In this document: one piece after another, positions 28,039 to 38,322 of the stretch | How positions within the stretch are numbered: the first letter of the stretch is position 1 | Layout of the letters: each line of letters starts with the position of its first letter | NCBI GenBank assembly: GCA_041736175.1 | Contig: JBGSUI010000219.1 | Location: forward strand, 22,823 to 86,822 | Reading direction: 5' to 3' | Length of the DNA: 64,000 bases | From: Oligoflexales bacterium | GTDB lineage: Bacteria; Bdellovibrionota_B; Oligoflexia; Oligoflexales; CAIYRB01 | Program-made: the position numbers and the translations under genes | The notes under the pieces: generated by a model | Databases searched by the model: none | What the model saw: the letters and a program-made list of their open reading frames with translations, nothing else | Told to the model about the DNA's origin: nothing

Positions 28039-28947
28039 ATGATGGCTGACACCATTTCCCAGCTTAAAAAAACAATCGACTCCGAACTTAAACAACTCCT
28101 ACAGTCGATGTATGGAGTCACTGCTGCCAATACTTCCCCCGAAGCGAGTCTACATCCAGCGATTCGGTATGTGCTTGAGGGAGAGGGTAAACGAGTGCGT
28201 GGGGTCCTATGCCTCCTCACCGCACAGGCTTTTGGCGCTTCCATCCCTAAAGCCATCCCGTCAGCCCTAGCTCTCGAGATGGTTCACACCTATAGCTTGG
28301 TGCATGATGATCTACCTTGTATGGATAATGACGATTATCGTCGGGGACGACTTACAGGCCACAAGGTCTTTGGGGAGGCCCACGCCTTGCTCGCTGGAGA
28401 TGGACTCTTAACCGATGCTTTTTTTATCTTGTCAGGTAGCATTACGACTTTACCCGTAGTTTATTCGCCCGAAACCGCCGTCAAGCTGATAGGAGAATTA
28501 GCTTACGCCGCTGGAAGCCACGGTATGGTCCTAGGCCAGAGCCTTGATTTATTTTGGACCGCCAAATCCTCTCCCGACTTAGAGACCGTCCTTGAAATCC
28601 ACCGCCTCAAAACAGGTTATCTTATGGGTGCGGCCACCGCTATGGGGGCTATTTTAGGTGGAGCTGACTCCGATAAGGTCAAGGATATGCGGGATTTTGG
28701 CCGCCTTTTGGGGGTCACCTTTCAAATACTGGATGATCTCTTGGACAACCAGGAAGGGCTAGGCAAAACTCCCGGAAAAGATCTGGCCAGTGGTAAGATG
28801 ACCTTGCTGACATCCGTTTCTGCCGCCGTTGCCAAAGACCTTGCTGAAGAATATACCCAAAAGGGACTTAATCTTCTTAAAGGGGCGACCACGAATGCTA
28901 AAGCTCTTATAGAATATTCTCAGATGTTGCTTAAAAGACACTTTTAA
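28039..28947 (+). CDS. ispA: Farnesyl/geranylgeranyl diphosphate synthase
   Basis: GKRVRG, HDDLPCMDNDDYRRG, FQILDDLLD. Confidence 0.9.
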   Translation: MMADTISQLKKTIDSELKQLLQSMYGVTAANTSPEASLHPAIRYVLEGEGKRVRGVLCLLTAQAFGASIPKAIPSALALEMVHTYSLVHDDLPCMDNDDYRRGRLTGHKVFGEAHALLAGDGLLTDAFFILSGSITTLPVVYSPETAVKLIGELAYAAGSHGMVLGQSLDLFWTAKSSPDLETVLEIHRLKTGYLMGAATAMGAILGGADSDKVKDMRDFGRLLGVTFQILDDLLDNQEGLGKTPGKDLASGKMTLLTSVSAAVAKDLAEEYTQKGLNLLKGATTNAKALIEYSQMLLKRHF

Positions 28948-28977
28948 ATTTTTACCGATCGAATCTGGAAGGGTTAT

Positions 28978-29256
28978 ATGAATACACAAGCACTAAAGAT
29001 AAACGAAGAAAACTATTTGGATTCTGTCTTGGTCTTTCGGGACCGCCAAGCTGGTATCGCCGAAGTCTACGATCCGTTTCTCAAGCGATTTAAATATAAT
29101 GCCTACTGCCTTGAAAAAAAATTATTGAAAGAACTCTTTTCTCATGAGTTTGATTTTCTTTCTGATGCTATTCTTAGAATCAATGACGAGTTTGGCAGTT
29201 GGAATATCGAGAGCTTTGATCAAAAGGGGTGTGGGAATTGCGCCGCAAAAAAATAG
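28978..29256 (+). CDS. Small hypothetical protein with a C-terminal CxxC
   Basis: 92-aa ORF in operon position, ending GCGNCAAKK. Confidence 0.6.
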   Translation: MNTQALKINEENYLDSVLVFRDRQAGIAEVYDPFLKRFKYNAYCLEKKLLKELFSHEFDFLSDAILRINDEFGSWNIESFDQKGCGNCAAKK

Positions 29257-30290
29257 TTAATTTCAAGCTCAGAGATTTTGATTCTTTTTATGTGTTACTG
29301 GCTCTCTTTATGATGTTTATTTATGAGATCAGAGCACTCGCAAATTCAACTTACGAGGAAAATCTTCGCAAACAGCTTTTTGAGACCCCTAACGAGGGGT
29401 CCTGTAAACCGCTCACATCCCACCCTTCGGGTACCATCAGCATCACGCCTCTGCTTGACCAGTTTGTCAAAAAAGCACTCATATCATTCAATACCGAGTC
29501 TTCTCAGGAACTTGCCAAGCTTTTCCACCCGAGACTTGGCATAAAAGAAGCCCAGCTCACGGAGATTTTAGCTAAATTACATACCACATATGGACAAAAG
29601 CTGGAGATTACGGTCAACAGGCTTTGGGCGCTCAACACCGTCGACGGAACACCCTTAGGGCTTAAGTGTACCGATCCCGAAATCACCCTTAACACGCTCT
29701 ATGGTTACAACCTTCAGTTTGTGCTGTGGCTCCAGATCATGGGCTCCGAAGAGATCGGTAGGATCTATTTGCCTATCGTCTTTTCTAGCGGCAAGTGGCT
29801 CCTCGGTGGCCTCCATGTCCACCAGTGGACCCATGACCTTAAAAACTACGCCGACTGGGCCAATCGGGCTCAATCATCAAAGGACCAAAACCTCGACTTG
29901 GTCGCCTTTATAGAATACGATCTCGCCGAAAAACTCGGAAACGGTGATAGGTTTTTTATACTTTCAGATATCCCTAAAATTGAGGAAAAGAAAAAGGCTA
30001 TTATGACGTCTAAGGATTTTGAAACCAAAATCAAGTCACTTTTCCCAACCCAAGCAGCAGTCTATGTTTCGACTCTTTTTGTAAAAAAAGGAGCCGGGAT
30101 TCTCCTAAGATTTCGCGTAGACAAAGAAATCTCGCTAAACTCCATGAAAGAATTTTGCAACAAAACAAAAGATAATTTGGCAAAGGTGCCATGGTCTAAG
30201 AAAATTGCCGCGATCCGTTGCAGCTTTGTCTTGCCAAAAGAAGACCCTGAAAAGGAGGGGCTTATGGGAGGTATCCTCCTTGAGTTATAG
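29229..30290 (+). CDS. Hypothetical exported protein
   Basis: 353-aa ORF with an N-terminal hydrophobic segment; start uncertain. Confidence 0.6.
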   Translation: MWELRRKKIVNFKLRDFDSFYVLLALFMMFIYEIRALANSTYEENLRKQLFETPNEGSCKPLTSHPSGTISITPLLDQFVKKALISFNTESSQELAKLFHPRLGIKEAQLTEILAKLHTTYGQKLEITVNRLWALNTVDGTPLGLKCTDPEITLNTLYGYNLQFVLWLQIMGSEEIGRIYLPIVFSSGKWLLGGLHVHQWTHDLKNYADWANRAQSSKDQNLDLVAFIEYDLAEKLGNGDRFFILSDIPKIEEKKKAIMTSKDFETKIKSLFPTQAAVYVSTLFVKKGAGILLRFRVDKEISLNSMKEFCNKTKDNLAKVPWSKKIAAIRCSFVLPKEDPEKEGLMGGILLEL

Positions 30291-30340
30291 TAGACGTAGG
30301 CGATTGCCACATCGGCAAAATCGTTTTGATACGGTCAGGC

Positions 30341-32053
30341 ATGAACACAATAGCGGTTGATAGGCTTAAGAAACTCCAACACAAGCTCTATGAACGGGCT
30401 TTTATTGAAGCACATGCGATTGTTGGCAGGACATCTAAGCTCATCATCCAATATTCGACCGAATTTGAACGCAGCCTTCCAAAGAAATTTGCCAAAACGA
30501 CTTTAAACCAGCTCATGACAGCATTTAAAGATCATCGATTTATCCTTTATGGGGATTTTCACAGCCTTCGCCAGTCACAACGCGGATTCTTACGACTTGT
30601 AAGGACCCATTGCGACCGACAAAATACTAAACGGGTGGTGATAGCTTTAGAACTTATAAAGGCAAAGGACCAAAAATACCTTGACCAATATCTGCTAGGA
30701 TTGATTTCGGACCAAAAGTTTTTGGAGGCTATTTCCTATCACAACGACTGGGGTTTTCCTTGGGAAAACTTCAAAATGCTCCTAGAGTTTGCCCGGTCAC
30801 GGTGTCTACCAGTTATCGGCATAAATTCTGCGAATGGGGGCCGCGACTCGCTGATCCTTCGGGATAAATTTGCAGCCAAATGCCTCACCAATGCTGCTTT
30901 AAAACACCCTAATCACAAAATCATCTGCCTTATTGGGGAGTACCATCTCGCAGACAGGCATTTACCAATGCTCTTAGAGTTGAGTCAGAAAAAACTATCC
31001 ATCAAAGGCAAGATCCTGCGCATTTTAAATAACGTCGATGACTATTATTTTAGACTCCCCACAAAAATCCAGCAGTCCTCTACAGAGTATTTGAAAATGC
31101 GCAAGAACTACTATTGCATCATGAACACTCCTCCCTGGATGAAGTGGCTGTCCTTTTCCATGTGGGAAGAACTGCAATCCTCCGACCCCCGATTTTACGA
31201 AAGATTTGTGGACAACGATCTGGAAAACACCTTTGAAGATAACTTTGATATCGACTACATATTCCTACATTTCTTAAAAGCTATTCTTGAATTTTTACAT
31301 CTTGGTGCTGATACCAGTGATTTGGAGAACTTTCATATCAATTATTCTCCCGAAGGCGATTTCATCAACCACCTCCTATCCATCTCTTCAAATGATCCAG
31401 ACGACATCGAAAAAATCATGCACCGTTGTACAACAGATGGTTCTTTCTTTGTATCTAAGACCAACTCGGTGCTGATCACTTATCTCTCGATCAACAATCT
31501 TGCTGAAACTGCCGGACAATACCTCTTCTCGATGCTTACCAAGTTTACTGAGGATGATCCCGATCCCTCTGCGGCATTTATTAGGCGAATCATCAAAAGT
31601 ACCATAGGCATGATATCTTCAAAAATCCTCAATCCCAAAAGGAAATTCCTGGCAATAAAAGATTACCGCCGCATAGTAGCCCAAAACCGCTCAGGCATCA
31701 AGACCACTGTGACCCGCAATCAGGTCGAGCTCGCACATGCCATCTTAGCCTTTGATCGATGGATCCTCTCTCTAAACCTCAAGTTAACAACCAAAGACAT
31801 GCCTTCGATTCCACTGGAACTCCTGGTATTCGAACAAGCATCGAGCTATCAATTGAGCCGGTCGATCGGCAAGATCATTGCCATAAAAATCTACAAAAAC
31901 ATCATATCCATGGAGATCAGCAATACTAAACTAAAGCGAATTTTTACCAGAAAAATAGGCTCCAATGCTATGGCTCTGAGAGAGATCATCACCCTGTACC
32001 GCTATTCTTCAACAAAAAAACCCTCGTCCAACAAATTAGAAACGGTACTCTAA
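30341..32053 (+). CDS. ChaN/Tiki-superfamily domain protein
   Basis: LYGDFH..QSQ, IALE, WGFPWENF, RDKFAA, IGEYHLA. Confidence 0.65.
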   Translation: MNTIAVDRLKKLQHKLYERAFIEAHAIVGRTSKLIIQYSTEFERSLPKKFAKTTLNQLMTAFKDHRFILYGDFHSLRQSQRGFLRLVRTHCDRQNTKRVVIALELIKAKDQKYLDQYLLGLISDQKFLEAISYHNDWGFPWENFKMLLEFARSRCLPVIGINSANGGRDSLILRDKFAAKCLTNAALKHPNHKIICLIGEYHLADRHLPMLLELSQKKLSIKGKILRILNNVDDYYFRLPTKIQQSSTEYLKMRKNYYCIMNTPPWMKWLSFSMWEELQSSDPRFYERFVDNDLENTFEDNFDIDYIFLHFLKAILEFLHLGADTSDLENFHINYSPEGDFINHLLSISSNDPDDIEKIMHRCTTDGSFFVSKTNSVLITYLSINNLAETAGQYLFSMLTKFTEDDPDPSAAFIRRIIKSTIGMISSKILNPKRKFLAIKDYRRIVAQNRSGIKTTVTRNQVELAHAILAFDRWILSLNLKLTTKDMPSIPLELLVFEQASSYQLSRSIGKIIAIKIYKNIISMEISNTKLKRIFTRKIGSNAMALREIITLYRYSSTKKPSSNKLETVL

Positions 32054-33760
32054 GCCAATGCCTAACCCTAAATGACTGGTCTTATAGCTAGTCTGGGTGA
32101 GTCCCCATCTAAAATCCAGCGTCTCCTCATAGGGCGCTCCCTCTTCTAAGGACCCGATCTGCCTTTTTTGTCGGGGTATGGACCGGTTTGAAGGCTTTTT
32201 GTAGATTTTTTTCGGTGGCTCCCAATAAATAGCTTCTATAATCCCACCTAAAGCCACCACACCAAGGCCGATCAAAGCATAATTTGCATCATTCCGTAAA
32301 CCGTCTATTGATTTGTATTCTTTATTAACAAATTCAAGACAATTTCGATATCGAGCATCCTGCTCAATAGAGCTCAAAGAACAATTGAGATCCACATAGC
32401 GTTGAAGAGTCGACTCTTTAAGGTCTGCCTGGGAATTTTTATCATAGGCATAAAAGAGCAGCCCACCCTGGATCACAAACAGGACTCCACCTATTCCGTA
32501 GCGGTTCTGAGAGATCTGCCCTAAACCAAATGGAAATAACGTAATCAGGGACGTCCCTTCAGGATCGGCATTTTTCTTGAGGGCGGGATCCGGAATCGGT
32601 TCTACCATGGGAACCATAACGAGTTTTGGGTTGGCCGGACCAGCGTTAGGCGCTGGTTGGGGGGTGAAATAACCGGGTTGTTGCACGACTGATTCTTGGA
32701 CCGTTTCTACTTTTGGATAAACATCATTAACTTGCTCAACTGGCGGCCTGGATTTTATGCGTTGCATTTTCTTCGCTTCTCGTGCTTCCCGATCCTGTCT
32801 TTGGACCGCTTCCAAGTCTCTATCAAAATCATTGACCGGTGCAGCGGGTTGATACACAACCTGTTCACCCCTAGCCCTTACTGGGGATGATGCCTCTCCA
32901 AACAAATCATCTTGTGGTCCCTGTTCGACTTTCCTGGGTTGATATGCACTTGAGTATGGGCTCTGACTCGGTTTTTTGGAGTAGGCAAGCTTGTTCTGAT
33001 TTTTACTTGCTAAGGCATTCTTTGGGCCTGTGTTAGACTGATATGTGGGCACCGGGGATTTAACGACTGGGGCCGCGACAACCAGCGGTGCCTGGACTTG
33101 CTTTTTTAAAGTGACACTAAGTACGGTCTCTCGACCCGCTGTCACCCGAGCCGTCCCTCGATAGGACTGATAGCCTTGTGCCGTCACTTCAAAGTTAACA
33201 TAGCCCGGATCCACGCTTACGGCATAACCGGTGTCACCGGCGTAAATCCCATCAATCATGACTTTGCCGCCCCCAATGCCTCCATTTGCTATGATCTTGA
33301 GGGAAGTTCCCATCACTTGCTTGCCAACTTTAGAAGGACCACTCACTCTATTGGCGACAGTCACCCGTTTTCGTATCTTTTCAAAAAGACCGATAACCTT
33401 AGGATCCAACACTTCTTGCGGAGTCAATGTGAGACCAGGGTTTAAGGAAAGTGCCTCTTTAAAGCTCCTTTCGGCCCCTGCTGAATTCCCCTTTGTATAG
33501 CGAATCACCCCCAAGAGTTTGAGGGACTCAGCTTGCTTGTTTGCTGACATAGGCTTTTTTAAAAAAGCTAAAAGCGAGGTTTCTGAATTGGTAAGATCCC
33601 CTGAACGAAATTGTCGATGAGCCATTTCGTAACTCTGAGCATGTGCCTGCACCGGGATTAACGTCATAGAGGTTAACGCTACCAATATCAGGACCATGGC
33701 AAACGAGCTAAAACAAACCACCAGGTACATTTTTATTTTACAAAACCACCTATGCAGCAC
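32036..33760 (-). CDS. Exported TPR + PEGA-like domain protein with C-terminal membrane segments
   Basis: Signal peptide (AHA), TPR (LLGVIRYTKGNSAGAERSFKEAL), PEGA-like (VMIDG..GDT...GYQSY), LFPFGLGQ. Confidence 0.7.
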   Translation of the reverse strand: MLHRWFCKIKMYLVVCFSSFAMVLILVALTSMTLIPVQAHAQSYEMAHRQFRSGDLTNSETSLLAFLKKPMSANKQAESLKLLGVIRYTKGNSAGAERSFKEALSLNPGLTLTPQEVLDPKVIGLFEKIRKRVTVANRVSGPSKVGKQVMGTSLKIIANGGIGGGKVMIDGIYAGDTGYAVSVDPGYVNFEVTAQGYQSYRGTARVTAGRETVLSVTLKKQVQAPLVVAAPVVKSPVPTYQSNTGPKNALASKNQNKLAYSKKPSQSPYSSAYQPRKVEQGPQDDLFGEASSPVRARGEQVVYQPAAPVNDFDRDLEAVQRQDREAREAKKMQRIKSRPPVEQVNDVYPKVETVQESVVQQPGYFTPQPAPNAGPANPKLVMVPMVEPIPDPALKKNADPEGTSLITLFPFGLGQISQNRYGIGGVLFVIQGGLLFYAYDKNSQADLKESTLQRYVDLNCSLSSIEQDARYRNCLEFVNKEYKSIDGLRNDANYALIGLGVVALGGIIEAIYWEPPKKIYKKPSNRSIPRQKRQIGSLEEGAPYEETLDFRWGLTQTSYKTSHLGLGIGLEYRF

Positions 33761-34035
33761 AGCACGAACCTCACAGCAGCAACAATAATGAACGGTAAAA
33801 GAGGCTCTTTTACCAAGGTTAACAAAACAATAGCAATAAACAGGCCATTATTGGCTATCCAATATTTTGATTTGTTTTACCTAATATTGCGGATATTTAC
33901 CGTGGTTCTAAACATCGGCACAAAGACTCCCCAGCTAATTCTGGCTAAACTTTGACAACTATGCCTGCTGCATTTGTCTATAATTTGACGTATGATCAGA
34001 AATGAAACACTCCCCTCCATAAATCCATCCCTTCC

Positions 34036-36294
34036 ATGGATCATTTTATGAATTTTCGATTCATTCCGGCGCTTTTACTATGCCTTACCCTTAAGACCGA
34101 CCTCGCTTTAGGCCAAAATTACGGAATCGAGGGGGTCCTAAAGACGCTCCCCGAATCCTCTAAAAAGTGGCTCCCTTGGATCATGGTCGGAAAAGATCAC
34201 TTACGCTGTCCCTACAACCCTTATGCCTCGAGCTACGAGTGTGCTTGGTTCAGCAGGCTTTCCCTAAATCTCAATAGTTCCGGTGGAAATTTTAGCTTTA
34301 GCGCTGATACTTTTACCGACACCTCGATCCCCCTTCCCGGTGGGATTAAGCATTGGCCCTTTAACGTCACGGTCAACGGCACTCCTGTGGCCGTCACAAC
34401 CAAGTCTAAAAATCCTTCGCTTGTCTTGGGTCCAGGAAGTGGCCAACAGATTTCAGGCCAGTTCACCTGGAAGGCTCTACCTGATAGTGTCAAGATCCCG
34501 CAGATCATTCCTCTAGTTCGATTGACTCTTAATGACATCGATGTCCCGAATCCTAAACTAGGTTCTGATGGAGAACTGTGGCTAGGACAAACTTCTAAAG
34601 ACGACTTATCAGACAAAGACAGTGCCAGCCTTTCGGTCTACCGTCTTTACGAGGATTCAATCCCAGCACTGTTAAAAACAAAATTGGATCTTGAAGTCAG
34701 TGGAAAAACAAGAGAGCTATTGATTGGCCCCATCCTGCCAGCGGGTTTTAACGTATTATCGATCACGTCAAAACTCCCCGTTCAGTGGACTCCCGAAGGA
34801 AAGATTCGAGTCAGGACCTACACCGGCAAACATAGCATCGAAGTGGTTGGTCGAACGCTTCAAAAAACAGATCAAATCGAAGTACCCACTTCTTCCGACC
34901 CCCTCTGGCCTAAAAGAGAGTTATGGGCCATCCAACAAGACCCCGACCATCGTGAGCTTGCTATCGACCTTTTATCCATCGACCCAACCCAGACAACCTT
35001 TCCAAACGAATGGAAAAAAAATGCGATCTACGCCTTAGAACAGGGTCATAAGATCCTCTTTAACCCAAAAGACCCCTCCCTCTCAGCCAGTAGCTCCCTA
35101 GATCAACTCAACATCCAGCGTGATCTTTGGCTTGACTCCAGCGGCAAAGGCTACAGCATCAGAGACGTTATTTCTGGAAACCTTCTCCATTCATGGCGGA
35201 TAGATGTGCTGGATGATTATAGTCTCGGCAAAGCTTCTATTAACAACGACAATATCCTGGTCACTCAATATAATGGAAAAAAGGGGGTAGAGGTCCGGGA
35301 CTCCAATCTCCTTCTCAACACCGAAGGACGAATCAACAGTGACAGCAGAGAAATTTCTCCAACAGGGTGGCAGGTTGCCTTTGATAAGGTGAGTGTTAAT
35401 CTAAATCTCCCTCCAGGCTGGAAACTGATTACAGTCACGGGTGCCGATAGCATCAGCGAATCTTGGCTGAAACACTGGAATCTTATGAATATCTTTATTT
35501 TATGCCTGATCACTTTAGGAACTGCAAAAATCCTCGGAGTTTTTCCTGGAATCATCGCTTTTGTAACCTTGCTCCTTTTAATTCCCGAATACAACGCTCC
35601 ACGCTGGATTTGGATGGTATTGATCTCTTTGGTTGCCTTTCACCGGGTTTTTCCCACAACCGGTCACTGGCGCCGGCTACTCCTGGGCACTGAAATCCTC
35701 GCTATTATTGCGTTTGCCTTAATGTTAATCGATTTTTCCATCGATCATCTGCGCTTTGGTCTCCACCCTATCCTCGAAAAGCCTGTTAACACCATGGCTG
35801 ACTCCATAGACGACGCTGTGTCGATGCTCCAGTCTCCACCTCTCCCGATCCAAGAGTTGGCTGCTCCTGAAGCCCGTGACCTTGCGGAAACTCCTCCTGT
35901 ACCCCTGTCTCCTGCTCCTGCCGAAAGTCCCTCGATTGCTCTAGCACCTTTACCGCTTGAAAACCAAATAAAGCGCAAAGCAATCTCTAAAGCTGCTAAG
36001 GAGTATTTTGGCTCATCACAACAACAGGATCGTAGTATCGAAATCTACTCAGCCAAATCCACTATTCAAACCGGATTTGGTATTCCTGATAGGACTTGGA
36101 ACAGAATATCCCTCAACTGGGATGGTCCAGTTTCTCCCAAACATAAAATCCAACTTTTTCTGATTCCTCCTTTAGTCCATGGCATCCTAAGCTTTTTGCG
36201 TGTCTTTTTAATGATACTTTTAGGTTACATTATTCTCTACAGGGGCTTTTTGTCTCCTTTTGATCAATTATCCAAGCGAGATCAACATGCTTAA
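34036..36294 (+). CDS. Large hypothetical membrane protein (paralog 1)
   Basis: 752 aa; signal peptide, beta-rich ectodomain, several TM helices. Confidence 0.75.
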   Translation: MDHFMNFRFIPALLLCLTLKTDLALGQNYGIEGVLKTLPESSKKWLPWIMVGKDHLRCPYNPYASSYECAWFSRLSLNLNSSGGNFSFSADTFTDTSIPLPGGIKHWPFNVTVNGTPVAVTTKSKNPSLVLGPGSGQQISGQFTWKALPDSVKIPQIIPLVRLTLNDIDVPNPKLGSDGELWLGQTSKDDLSDKDSASLSVYRLYEDSIPALLKTKLDLEVSGKTRELLIGPILPAGFNVLSITSKLPVQWTPEGKIRVRTYTGKHSIEVVGRTLQKTDQIEVPTSSDPLWPKRELWAIQQDPDHRELAIDLLSIDPTQTTFPNEWKKNAIYALEQGHKILFNPKDPSLSASSSLDQLNIQRDLWLDSSGKGYSIRDVISGNLLHSWRIDVLDDYSLGKASINNDNILVTQYNGKKGVEVRDSNLLLNTEGRINSDSREISPTGWQVAFDKVSVNLNLPPGWKLITVTGADSISESWLKHWNLMNIFILCLITLGTAKILGVFPGIIAFVTLLLLIPEYNAPRWIWMVLISLVAFHRVFPTTGHWRRLLLGTEILAIIAFALMLIDFSIDHLRFGLHPILEKPVNTMADSIDDAVSMLQSPPLPIQELAAPEARDLAETPPVPLSPAPAESPSIALAPLPLENQIKRKAISKAAKEYFGSSQQQDRSIEIYSAKSTIQTGFGIPDRTWNRISLNWDGPVSPKHKIQLFLIPPLVHGILSFLRVFLMILLGYIILYRGFLSPFDQLSKRDQHA

Positions 36295-38254
36295 TCAGAT
36301 TTTTTTTAGATTCCTATTAGTAATCTCAATAACATGGTGTTTTGGTGTCAGCCCTCCTCCACCCCCCTCATCTTTTTCAAGTCCAGCCTCGGACGAACTC
36401 AGTCGCGAACTGCGCCTTGAGATCGAAAATAGACTGAAAGAAACTCCCCCCTGTGGCCTAAATTGTGCTGACCTAGAGAGCCTAAAGGTGGAGGTTGCAG
36501 ACAACAAGATCTATCTTATACTGCGCTACCATGTCATGAGCCCTTCCAGCATCCCTTTACCTATTAGTCCTGAAGGTCTCAATCCAGACGTCATCGAGCT
36601 CAACAACAGTCCGGTCCAACTCATCAAGGGGAACGATCACAAAGTCTATGCTCACCTTCTAAAAGGGATCCACAACATTAAGATCGCCGCCCCACTGCCT
36701 GTTTCTGATTTGTTTACGATCAATCTACCAATGATACCCAAACATGCTGAAGTAATCGCCGAGAAACATCAAGTTCTAGGGATCAACGAAGACGGAAAAA
36801 TACAAAACAATATCCAATTCTTGAAAAAAGGAGAATTTAGCGAAAATAAATCTTCCCAACAACTCATTGCACCGCTCCTTAGGGTCACCCGAGACCTCTA
36901 TTTGGGTCTCGAAAGCAGAGTGGTGACCACCATTGAGAGGGTTAGTCCATTAGGAAATCCCATCGTAGCTGAGGTCAGACTGCTGCCTGGGGAAGAGGTT
37001 ATTTCACAAGACATCCGTATCCAAAATCGCAAGGCCCAAGTATCGCTCAACCCTCAGGAGGCGGGAACAAGCTGGTCTAGTAGACTCAATACGGCAGAAT
37101 CCATTGAACTCTCAGCCGAAACCGATGGTGCCGTAGAAGTTTGGCGCCTTAAGGTCACACCCCTTTGGCACCTCAATATCGAACACTCCTCCGTTCTACA
37201 GCTGCGACGATCTGCAGGCAATGGGTTTGACCCGGTTTTCAAACCATGGCCTGGCGAAAAAGTGGTTTTGAAACTCAACCAACCGGAGGCAGTAAATGCC
37301 CCCTCATTTACCATCGAAGCAAGCCAGCTAACCATCGTACCTGGCATCCGTAACCGGGATATCAACCTTAAGATTACCGCAAGCGCAAGCCGTGGCCTCC
37401 AACATCCTATAGAAGTGCCAGCACAATGGACGTTGGTTAAATCCTCGATCAACAATGACCCTACCCCCATTAGCCGTGCTGGAAAAGCGCTTACCTTGCC
37501 TTTTTTACCTGGTAGAACCGTCGTCGATCTGGATTTTAGAGAGGAAGCGGATTTTCCAATGTTTTTTGAATCACCAAACGTAAATCTCGGCAGTCCATCG
37601 GTCAATGGGGAATACAAAGTAGTCTTACCCCAATCCCGATGGTTGCTTTGGACTAAGAGCCTGGGGTGGGGGCCTGTTGTCCTGTTTTGGAGTCAGATTG
37701 CTGTAGCAGCGGTAATCGCAACGATCTTTTACATGTCCCATCTGACTCCCTTAGCTCTCGTTTCTTGGATCCTTATGACAATCGGTCTTACCCAATCAAG
37801 CCCTTTAGCCATGGCCATTCCTGGTATCACATTTTGCCTTGTTGGCATCAGAAACCGATATCCACCTCACCAACCCCTTGCCTTTAACCTATTCCAATTG
37901 GTATTGGTGGCAGCTATTGTCGCCAGCATTTTTGTGATCTACCAATCCATCTCTCGAGGACTCCTTGGAGTTCCCTCGATGTATGTGCTGGGCAACAACT
38001 CCAACAGTTTCCAACTGAATTGGTACCAAGACAAAATCGATGCCCTACTTCCTCCCATTTCCTTTGTCTCACTGCCTATCATGATCTACCGAGGAGTGAT
38101 GCTAGCTTGGTCCCTATGGCTTGCTACCTCTATGATCCGATGGGCCTCGTGGATTTGGAGCAGTCTAAGCAAAGACCAGTTTTGGAAAAAGACAAAAGCA
38201 AAGCAAATAGCCGTAAATACCTCCAATGCTTCTGCCGATCTACCAAAAACCTAA
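36287..38254 (+). CDS. Large hypothetical membrane protein (paralog 2)
   Basis: ATG 36287 overlaps the upstream stop (ATGCTTAA); same layout as paralog 1. Confidence 0.75.
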   Translation: MLNQIFFRFLLVISITWCFGVSPPPPPSSFSSPASDELSRELRLEIENRLKETPPCGLNCADLESLKVEVADNKIYLILRYHVMSPSSIPLPISPEGLNPDVIELNNSPVQLIKGNDHKVYAHLLKGIHNIKIAAPLPVSDLFTINLPMIPKHAEVIAEKHQVLGINEDGKIQNNIQFLKKGEFSENKSSQQLIAPLLRVTRDLYLGLESRVVTTIERVSPLGNPIVAEVRLLPGEEVISQDIRIQNRKAQVSLNPQEAGTSWSSRLNTAESIELSAETDGAVEVWRLKVTPLWHLNIEHSSVLQLRRSAGNGFDPVFKPWPGEKVVLKLNQPEAVNAPSFTIEASQLTIVPGIRNRDINLKITASASRGLQHPIEVPAQWTLVKSSINNDPTPISRAGKALTLPFLPGRTVVDLDFREEADFPMFFESPNVNLGSPSVNGEYKVVLPQSRWLLWTKSLGWGPVVLFWSQIAVAAVIATIFYMSHLTPLALVSWILMTIGLTQSSPLAMAIPGITFCLVGIRNRYPPHQPLAFNLFQLVLVAAIVASIFVIYQSISRGLLGVPSMYVLGNNSNSFQLNWYQDKIDALLPPISFVSLPIMIYRGVMLAWSLWLATSMIRWASWIWSSLSKDQFWKKTKAKQIAVNTSNASADLPKT

Positions 38255-38268
38255 ACTGACCTATTGTC

Positions 38269-38295
38269 TCAATTTAATTGGAGTAGGTCCGATAA
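38269..38295 (+). promoter_or_regulatory. sigma28 (FliA)-like promoter
   Basis: TCAATTTA-N11-TCCGATAA, 27 nt before the MCP ATG. Confidence 0.75.
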
Positions 38296-38322
38296 GTCAT
38301 CGAAGTTGGAGGACCTTAGATC

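Noticed and set aside
33952..33984. TTGACA...TATAAT sigma70 consensus upstream of 34036
   Set aside because: The spacer is 21 nt, too long.
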